From: Podarcis vaucheri | Taxonomy: Eukaryota | Direction: 5' to 3' (one strand) | NCBI GenBank assembly: GCA_965113315.1 | Contig: OZ220370.1 | Length of the DNA: 64,000 nt | Shown: in pieces, positions 1-64,000 of the stretch | Layout of the letters: each line of letters starts with the position of its first letter | How positions within the stretch are numbered: position 1 is the first letter of the stretch | Made by a program: the position numbers and the translations under genes | The notes under the pieces: model-generated | Database searches by the model: none | The model's input: the letters and a program-made list of their open reading frames with translations, nothing else | Told to the model about the DNA's origin: nothing

Positions 1-967
1 TAAATGACTCCCCAAAAGATATAATTTGGATTGTGCCATAGTCTCTGAATAACCTCATTATGCTTGCATCTCTGAGAAGTCCAAATGACAATTGCCCTGA
101 ATTACTTCATAACTTTGGAGTTATAAATCCGAGGGGCACATTCCCTCATGGGGATCTACCACGGGCCACATTCCACTTTCAGTGGGGCCAGGGAAAAAAT
201 GGGCAGTGATATTTCTCTTACCTGTATGGTAGACTAAATTTCACTCATGCAGAAGCCAGAGATACAACTAACACACAAACACCACTTTCCCGTTTCCTCT
301 CAGGTCAACAAGAGACATTATCACAGTTCAGGGACAAGTTCCAGCTAGGCGGAAAATGCAAGGAGGATGCAGAGCAGGACCAGTGAGGGGACATGGCCTA
401 GTGAGAGTCTTGAGGGCAAGAGAAAGAGGCCTGGAGGACTGCATAAATTAAATTAAACATTGTTAAGCATCAGTTTTTGCTCTCCCAATGATATTTTGAG
501 GCATATAACCATGTCTCAAAGTCCAAGAACTCTTGACTCAATTACATGACTCAAATCAAAGCTCAATTGTTTTAAGTGAGTTACTGCTGGCTTTGAAGTC
601 CAGTGAAACTATCCTCAACATGCCAGGACAAAAGGTACTTGCACCTCTGTCTTTTTAAGTGCTAGTGTTCTTTGGTAAAGTCTTTGGTATGACAAAGAAA
701 GCACTTCACAAAGTACTTAAAATTCAGGACAAGGATTCACCAGAGGGGTTTCCTGAGGTCGGAATGAACCAAGACCAAACAAAATGTGGCAAAGAGGTTC
801 TACCCTTTCCTAGTAAGGAATCAACTAACCATGTTCATAGAAAAAAAAATATATTGAAACAATTAATTGAAGTTAATAAGCAGATCTTGTTGGTTCTCTC
901 TTTAGGGTTGCAGCTAAAACAGGTTTTCTAGCAATGGTATGCTAAATAGTAAAATGTGGAGTCAGGA

Positions 968-969
<2 letters not shown>

Positions 970-1007
<38 letters not shown>
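970..1007. repeat. (GT)n microsatellite
   Basis: Perfect GT run of about 18-19 units. Confidence 0.95.
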
Positions 1008-1008
<1 letters not shown>

Positions 1009-1619
1009 GTTTTGCTTCCTTGCTCAGATTACTGTGTTTTCTTCCATTTCTCCTAAGCCTGTTAAAAACACCATTACGGGAAAACCTGTTCTAGCTGTAA
1101 CTCTAGCGTACAGGCTTTGAATGATAGTTTGTTCAGGAATCCTGCTCCCGTCCCTGAAACATTCTTCTACAGCAGCAGCGAGCTCATAATCATGCCGATC
1201 CAGAATAATAACTACTTAGGACAGCATGAGTGAACTTCCATGCAAGCGCCGGAGCATCCTTTGTGCCTTTATCTTTTGTCTGGAAACTGGTGTTCCAGCT
1301 AACTAGAACAGTTTTACATGACTTTGTGTTGAGCCATTTTCTGGATTGCTGCCCAGATGAGGTACCCACGGTAATTATTGCAGAGCAACTGTGGCCAAAT
1401 CTGCACAGCAGATGAAGGAAGTGTGGGAAAGGGGTTGCCTTTCACAAATATTCTCCAAGTCAGGTAGCTTAATATTTTGGATTGTACATACAGGTAGGCT
1501 CCTTCGGGACGAAAGATGAGTTATAAATTGAAACAACAACGATAATAAATAATGTGCTTAGAAATTGTCCAATTTCTATGGATTTAAGATTTTTATTTGC
1601 TCTGTGGTTATCTATGGGC

Positions 1620-1833
1620 AAGGACATCTGTTTTGTATGCACGAATGCCTAGGTTCAATACCTGGTTCAATACCTCTAGGAAGGAGTGGTACACTTCAAG
1701 GTTCAGTTACTGGTACCTTTGGGTGGAGTGGAAAACTACCCAATCCTGTCCGAAACATGAAATGCTGCAGGTAGTCATCAGTACTGGACTAGATGAACTA
1801 ATGGTCTGACTTGGTAGCTTTCCTATGTTCCTA
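1620..1833 (+). mobile_element. Degenerate tRNA-derived SINE with CR1-like 3' tail
   Basis: B-box-like GGTTCAATACC and tail ctagatgaactaatggtctgact...ttcctatgttccta; related copy at about 18590-18733. Confidence 0.6.
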
Positions 1834-2564
1834 ATTTGTTGCTGTTGTAAGCCATTATCTGCTTAATACTTTTTTACACCACCCCCGCCCAAGTTTAAAA
1901 AAGAATGCTGAATTGCTATAATAGTGTTGCTGTTAATTTATGTCAATGTAGATAGCCTCTGCGTACGCAAAGTCGTTCAGCTTGAATCGCCACACTTTTG
2001 TCTGTAAATCCCACTCAAACTCTGTTGTGGGATCAGACAAGCAGTATAAGTGGATCTTGCACTCAGAATGGAGAAATTGGTTGTACGTTGTGTTTTAATT
2101 AAGATGCACCAATAGAAATGAAAAGAGTGAGTTACTAGAATAGAAACAACTATCTGATGGGTTATGCTCTGCAATTACTGTCGTCTTCATTTTATTATTC
2201 GACTTTTCATGCATGTATTTACAAAAACTTCCCAAAAGATATAATTATCTTCTAGAAATACCCCGTTTCTTTTGTGCCGTGAGTGATTATTAATTTTCAT
2301 GTACATATGTTGCCAGAAGTGACAAGCTGGCAGAAGCAGTTCCTTTTAATGTACTTGATTCCAGTGGAGACCAACAGATTGCATAGATACAACTATAATT
2401 TGCTTGTCTAATGGACATGAACTTACTCTCAACCTATTAATAAATTATGCAACTGCTAGCCTTGCATTGGAGATCCCCTCATATCCCACAAGCTTCTGAA
2501 GTCAAGACAGAAATGGAAATGGTTTAGATTTTGTTTCTATTAGCAGTGTTTAACATTTATAGTG

Positions 2565-2588
2565 CTATCTATCTATCTATCTATCTAT
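2565..2588. repeat. (CTAT)6 microsatellite
   Basis: Direct reading. Confidence 0.85.
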
Positions 2589-4500
2589 GCATTCATATGA
2601 CAGTAGTGCTACTATTATACCCATCATTAGTCAGGATCTGACCCATGAATTGAAGACGAGTGTATTATCCGGAGTTTAATATTTTTTTATCCCAAACAAT
2701 TACAAAGTTTAAACGAAAGCAAGCAGACATCAAGGATCATATTGTAGTGTGTGTACTAAATTGGAACATAAATTAGGATAACCCAGTAGGTACAAAAAGA
2801 GATCATTTGTGGGGGAGGAGAGAATTCTTTAAACAATTCTTTTGATGACTAAGAGTAAAAGTTAGGGTTTGTTTACTTTGCTTACTCTAGTCAGTGTTCA
2901 GTTGAAACTGATTGTGGTTGCAGCTGCTAGTTCAATCTTGGAAACATCTGCAATTGATCAAGGTGCACCTGGAAGATGTTTTCAGGGTCAAGCTATATGA
3001 CTTTGAAGAGAGACCAGTGTTCATGGTTAAACTCAAAAGGATTTTTCCCCTTAATGTGGAAAATAACCTAAGATTTAATCTTCTGTTCAACCACTGTGAT
3101 GGATGCTTGATGGCACAGAACATCTGTCTTTGTGCCCTACTTTTGCCTTTTACTCTTTGTTTGTACGTTACACCTAGAGCAAAGAAGGATCACAAACTCC
3201 ATTTTTAGGGGATCGTAGTTCATTTTTTGGGGGAAATGTTTGAGTAGTTGCAAATTTAAACTTAAGCCCTGAAATTAATAAGAATGGTATTTACAATTTT
3301 GAATTCAAATGTCCATTTTTCACAAATGGTTTCAATGATTTTTAAAAAGGGATTCCCCAAAAAACCATAGGCTAATCATATATAGGAAACAGCTGTTGTT
3401 ATGCACTAACGTGGGCATGTGTGTCTTTAAGGTCTGCTGGCACTGTGTTTCTGTGGCCAGTGTAAATGTTAAAAAAATTCCCTCAGTGTAGAGGGAATTG
3501 TTAAAAATCTCTCCCCAGTGTCACGGTTCAATATCAAGGCTGCCTTAATATATACTGTTTTTCTAATTGCTAGCAGGGTTTCCAACTTGAATACAATATG
3601 GGGAGGGGCATGTAAGCCCCACCCCACATAGTCCACCACAAGACATGGCAAATGCACAACTTTGGCAGGAGGCAGCCCCCTAAAATATTCAATGGGGGGG
3701 GGCAAAAGGACCTTGGCCCCTAGGAGTTGGAGCCTATTAGTATGTATATGTTAAGTTTAGGATAACCATTTTAACAGTGTGAGCCAGTCTCATTCACATT
3801 TAGATGTTGAGCATAGAGAGACATTCACAGAAACATATCTACCTAGATGAGCAAAACTAAAAGGCAATGCTTAAATAACCTCATTTACATAAAGTAAGGG
3901 TATTTTTGTTTGTGCTGTAGTAGTCAATGTGTAGAACAAAGGAAAAATAAAGTCTCTTGAAGACACATCATTTTGGTTTCTGTTGGCATTTTACTGTTGA
4001 TTATTTTAAAATAAACTGAATATATGACAGCACTAATGAGCATAATATGATCATGAACAGAAAATGGGTGTTGTGAGATCCTTAAATTCTTATAGTTAAA
4101 AACTACTGATTTGATAAAATGTTAGCTGTGTTGCCTAAGATCTTTACAGAATTTACACCAGTGACCGAGCGGCCATTAATGTAAATTGTGTTCAAATGTT
4201 TTTATTTTATATCACTTTAAAAACAATACATATAAGCAGTTGCCCATAGATTGTATGGGATTTTTTTGCTTCCTGTTGCCTTTTCTATATTCTTGTATCA
4301 CTGAACCATGTGGATATTTCTTGAAAATTTGGGCCCCATTTACTATATTATTAAAATATAGACATTTTGCTTTCTGTTGCATGTTTTAGCACAGTTCAAT
4401 ATGATCCACATAGAAAAAAACAGAATAGGATATTTAGACATTCTAGACATCTTAGACTCATTTCAGGAGCTTGTGATAGTATTGGGGGAAATGAAATATA

Positions 4501-5043
4501 CAGTGGTGCCCCGCAAGACGAACGCCTCGGAAGACGAAAAACTCGCTAGACGAAGGAGTTTTTCATTTTCTTAGCCACTTCGCAAGACTCATTTCCCTAT
4601 GGGCTTGCTTCGCAAAACAAAGCTTGCCCCGCAAGCTCCGGGGATAGCAGGGAAGCGCAGCGCGTCTTCCCCGCTGTCCCCGGACCTCTTTTGAAGCAAG
4701 GGGCGGCGGGGAGAAGATCGCTTCTCCCCGTTGCCAGCCCCGCAATCTCCGGGGACAGAGGGGAAGGCGCGCGCCCCTTCCCCTCTCTCCCCGGACCCCT
4801 TTTGAACCAAGGGGCAGCAACGGGGAGAAGCGATCTTCTCCCCGCCGCCCCTTGCTTTAAACAGGTCCGGGGACAGAGGGGAAGGCGCGCGGCGCTTCCC
4901 CTCTGTCCCCGGACGGTCTCCATAGGAACACATTGATTGATTTTCAATGCATTCCTATGGGAAACCGTGCTTCGCAAGACGAAAAACTCGCAAGAAGAAA
5001 AAACTTGCGGAACGAATTAATTTCGTCTTGCGAGGCACCACTG
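4501..5043 (+). mobile_element. Non-autonomous Tc1/mariner-superfamily (Tigger/pogo-like) MITE, complete
   Basis: TA|CAGTGGTGCCCCGCAAGACGAA ... TTCGTCTTGCGAGGCACCACTG|TA; GC-rich palindromic interior. Confidence 0.92.
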
Positions 5044-5399
5044 TACAGGTAACCTCATGCTGGCTAGGCAGGCGTGCAGATCTTCATGCTTTTAATAAAC
5101 TCACAAAATAATGCAGTATATATCCTTGTCCCCTGGGAGGATTGCTACTGTCAGCCATGCTCTTCTCTAGGATACAGTAAGATGTAAGCAACTCAAGCAT
5201 AATAAATAGGAAATATAAGAAACGTTAGTGATTTATAATTACCAGCTATGTAGTTGTCAGGTCACATTTTAGTTCAGGGGCAAAATCTTGATCATTGATG
5301 ATATTTCTACATGTTCCATACTAGAGAAAAGACAGAGAATTACAGTACTTTGTGCATAGCTGGGACAAATTGCTGATGAACTTCTGTCTCAAACACATA

Positions 5400-5754
5400 C
5401 AGTGGTGCCTCGCAAGACGAAATTAATTCGTTCCGTGAGTTTTTTCGTCTAGCGAATTTTTCGTCTTGCGAAGCACGGTGTCGGAAAAGTTTTGGAAAAG
5501 CTTCAAAAAATCACCAAAAACCTCAAAAAAGGCTACCACACCGCGTTCTATGAGTTGCTCCTCGAAGTCAAGTCACAACTGTATTAACGGTGTTAAGAAA
5601 AAGGAAGCAAACTTGCAAAAAACGCAAGACGTTTTCGTCTTGCGAAGCAAGCCCATAGGGAAATTCGTCTTGCGAAGCAGCTCAAAAACCGCAAAACCCT
5701 TTCGTCTAGCGAGTTTTTCGTCTTGCGAGGCATTCGTCTTGCGGGGCACCACTG
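5400..5754 (-). mobile_element. Same MITE family, complete, inverted relative to 4501-5043
   Basis: TA|CAGTGGTGCCTCGCAAGACGAAATTAATTCG ... GCGGGGCACCACTG|TA. Confidence 0.92.
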
Positions 5755-7683
5755 TATTGTCTTTAAAAGCATTAAATTAATCAAGCTTTTAAATGGTGGA
5801 TAATGTGTGTGCATGCACCCCTTGTAAGCAAGGCACTTTACAGCAACTGTAGAAGCAATAGGTTGTACTAATGATGTTTCTTCAACAAAAAAGTGATGAG
5901 GCAATAAGCTGAACTATCCCAGTGAAGCCTTTACAGAAAGTGCACTGTAGTCATCAATCAGAGGGAAAGGAAGAAAGCTAATGCACAGCAAGGAAATCAG
6001 AAGAAAAATACTTTTTTTCAAAAAAAAAAAAAATAGGTCAGAAAAGAAGATTAGACCTGAATGTTTTTTTAAAAGTGAGTCTATTGAGGATTGTAATGAG
6101 CCATTTTAGTGAACCCTTCTTTCCTCCTTAATTGCTTGATGAAATATTTATTGTTCATTTGTATTCAGTTTCCAGAGCTATCTGGCTATAATAATGCCTT
6201 TCACAAATACTCTTTTCGCTTTTGGTATGGAGTGAAGTCAATAAGTTTATTATTGCTGTTTACTTATAAAAGAAATGTTGCAATAAATCTCATGTGAGAA
6301 TTTGCACCCCGTGTTTCCAGTTTCTTTTCCTTTGTTGTTTATTTGCAGACTGCAATTTTTAGGCTACAACCCCCCCCCAACCCGTGCACTTTTATCATTT
6401 AAAAAACCTGTTTTACTGTTTTTTTATTTATATTTTAAATGTTTTTATTTTATATTTTTGTAAAGTGTGTAGAGGTTTTTGTTACAATCAAGTGATATAT
6501 AAATTTTGTTAAATAAATACATCAAACCTATTTTCATAAACTTCTTAATGTACGATTTGCTCTGTAACGTCCATAGATAACTTTTGATACATTGACACGT
6601 GTGAGCTTATATTTCACAGTAAATTTCAATAGGATTGCAAGAATGGATTTTGTTATTTTTACTAGGGCTGTTTTACTAGATTATAATACTAGACTTTCAT
6701 ACAGTGGCCTGGTTCAGCCATCACATGATTAAACCATAGTTAAAATTTGTTATACTTTTAGTCCACCCTTCTGAAGATAGGCAACCCCATACAATATATT
6801 TAATTGGGAAGAGTTTGAGGTGGGCCATCTAAGTGATGATTTTGACTCATTACTAAAGTGAGCCCTACAGTGATAATTGATGATTAGTGAAGAACATCAC
6901 AATGCGAACATAGCAGTAGGTAGTGGACAGGTCCTTACCAGCAAAAATACTGATTTTCTTTTTAAAGGAGTATTTCCCCTCTGTTAATTGCATAGTTACT
7001 CAATTAAATAAATTATTATGGCTACCAGATTTAAGGCAAATTACATGTTGATTAACAAAATCAGATCGTTACGGTCATAGTTTTGTTTTTGATAGATTCA
7101 AATTGTGACAATGCTACATTTATTCATCTGAAAACTTTTACTCTTGAGTTTTAAGTTTGTCTAAATGCTTAAAAGGTGTGTCATAGGCTACAGCCAGGCC
7201 ATGATGAGACCCTTATTTTTTTTATATCCCTTAGTTGCACAGAGATTTTGCACCAAGCAGGAACAGGATGTTTTCAGTTTAATTTCCTTGGGGTTCTGTT
7301 GGAAGAGTTGGACAAAGGGTGATTAGTTATCTGACAAATGGTTTATAGTCCTCTACAATCTTAAGTCCCTAAGTAGGACTAGTTCTGGTAGCTGGATTCA
7401 GTGACCAGAGTTAAGAAGAACCTGCATTCCAACAAATTCAGACCACCTAAGTGTGATGAGGGGACAGGAGAGCAAGTGTGAAGACACTTAATTAAAAAAA
7501 TCCCCTTGTATGTAGAGGTAGGTGGGTAGGTGTGACTCCCCGTCACCCACAAATGGTCTTAACTTTGCCACCCATACTTTGTGACACTTAAAACCATCTT
7601 ACTTGTTTGTCAATTCAGTTTTTGCCTTCTTTTGATTTTTTATGATACTGAATAGTTTTATTTGTGTTGTAGAATAATCAACC

Positions 7684-62814
<55,131 letters not shown>

Positions 62815-62947
62815 GTAAGTTTCTCAGAACTCTGGTTTCTCAAATATGTATTTGTTTTGGAAGACAAAACTTTGTGTCTGGTAATTATTTTTAATTTTTT
62901 TCAATAAAGTTTTTAATTAATTAATTCAGGAATGACTTAAAGACTTA

Positions 62948-63400
62948 CCGTATTTTTCACCCCATAGGACGCACCGCCCCACAGGACACACCTAGGGGGT
63001 TTTTTTGGGGGGGAATAAAGAAAAAAAAATATTCCCCCCCCCAGGCATGGGGCTGGCACGGGGGAAGCCCGAGCTTCCCCCAACCCCAGCCCCCAGAACA
63101 GCCTGCTATCCACAAGCCTAGGGAGGCCGGGGGGAAGTCGCCCCAGTCTCCCCAGGCTTGCGGAGAGCTGCGCGAAGCCCAGGCGCACTCTTCAGCACGC
63201 CCCAGGCTTCAGAATGCAGGCAGCTCTGTGCAACCCTTGGAAGACCGGCGCGACTTCGCACTGGGCTCCCAAGGGCTGCGCAGAGCTGCATGAAGCCCGG
63301 GACTGCAGGCAGCTCTGCGCAGCTCTCGGGAGCCTGGCGCGACTTTGCGCCGGTCTCCCAAGGGTTGCACAGAGCTTCCTGAAGCCTGGAGAGTGAGAGG
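62948..63400. mobile_element. CCGTATTTTT-TIR DNA element, one end only, GC-rich internal repeats
   Basis: TA|CCGTATTTTTCACCCCATAGGACGCACC; repeated gcagagctgc/gcagctctgc units; no second TIR seen. Confidence 0.8.
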
Positions 63401-63404
63401 AATT

Positions 63405-63876
63405 CCTCAGAATGCGGCAGCTAGGCTTGTGACTGGGAGTGGCCGCCGGGACCACATAACACCGGTTCTGAAAGATCTGCATTGGCTCCCAGTACATTTC
63501 CGAGCACGATTCAAAGTGTTGGTGCTGACCTTTAAAGCCCTAAACGGTCTCGGTCCTGTATACCTGAAGGAGCGTCTCCACCCCCATCGTTCAGCCCGGA
63601 CACTGAGATCCAGCACCGAGGGCCTTCTGGCGGTTCCCTCATTGTGAGAAGTGAGGCTACAGGGAACCAGACAGGGGGCCTTCTCGGTAGTGGCGCCCGT
63701 CCTGTGGAATGCCCTCCCATCAGATGTCATTACCTGACATTCAGAAGACATCTTAAGGCAGCCCTGTTCAGGGAAGTTTTTAATATGTAATGCTGTACTG
63801 TTTTTAACACTTGATTGGGAGCTGCCCAGAGTGGCTGGGGAAACTCAGCCAGATGGGTGGGGTATAAATAAGAAAT
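63405..63876 (+). mobile_element. L2 LINE 3' end (ORF2 C-terminus and 3'UTR)
   Basis: QNAAARLVTG..RRDHITPVLKDLHWLPVHFRARFKVLVLTFKALNGLGPVYL. Confidence 0.92.
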
Positions 63877-63878
63877 TA

Positions 63879-64000
63879 CAGTGGTGCCTCGCAAGACGAA
63901 ATTAATCCGTTCCACTAGTCTCTTTGTCTAGCGGTTTTTTCGTCTTGCGAAGCAACCCTATTAGCGGATTAGCGCTATTAGCGCTTTAGCGGCTATTAAA
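63879..64000 (-). mobile_element. Fourth copy of the CAGTGGTGCC-TIR MITE, runs off the window
   Basis: TA|CAGTGGTGCCTCGCAAGACGAAATTAATCCG; same orientation as 5400-5754. Confidence 0.88.

Noticed and set aside
283-308. Pyrimidine tract plus CAG|GT as a recursive or intrasplicing site
   Set aside because: Donor GTCAAC is poor and the site appears to lie in a decayed repeat.
4563-4977. Overlapping ORFs on both strands (also 8905-9459 and 62937-63497)
   Set aside because: By-products of GC-rich palindromic MITE interiors, which lack stop codons; no transposase motifs.

Overview
Vertebrate genomic DNA, almost certainly from a squamate and probably a lacertid lizard (inferred from Sauria SINEs and other squamate repeats). 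The window carries most of EPB41L3 (protein 4.1B/DAL-1) on the + strand. I resolved 22 GT-AG coding exons from the ATG at 7684 to 62814; joined, they give 4020 nt (1340 codons) in one open frame covering U1, FERM, FERM-adjacent, U2, SAB, U3 and the start of the CTD. The first non-coding exon(s) and the last CTD exons were not located and probably lie outside the window. Introns hold Tc1/mariner-superfamily MITEs with TA target duplications, Sauria and Squam3-like SINEs, L2, CR1 and RTE fragments, a DIRS RT relic and microsatellites. The most interesting observations are: (1) a 717-nt candidate U3 cassette exon, absent from the canonical human isoform as I recall it, that opens with a GABARAP-type LIR motif (EDWVIV); (2) a 36-aa hydrophobic segment whose codons double as a polypyrimidine tract for an internal acceptor; (3) an AUG-skipping tandem acceptor in the first coding exon; (4) RBFOX sites after the SAB cassette exon; (5) a MITE family with interchangeable palindromic interiors bracketing the start-codon exon. 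No prokaryotic-type system is present. Comparisons to human proteins and repeat family names come from memory, not from database searches.
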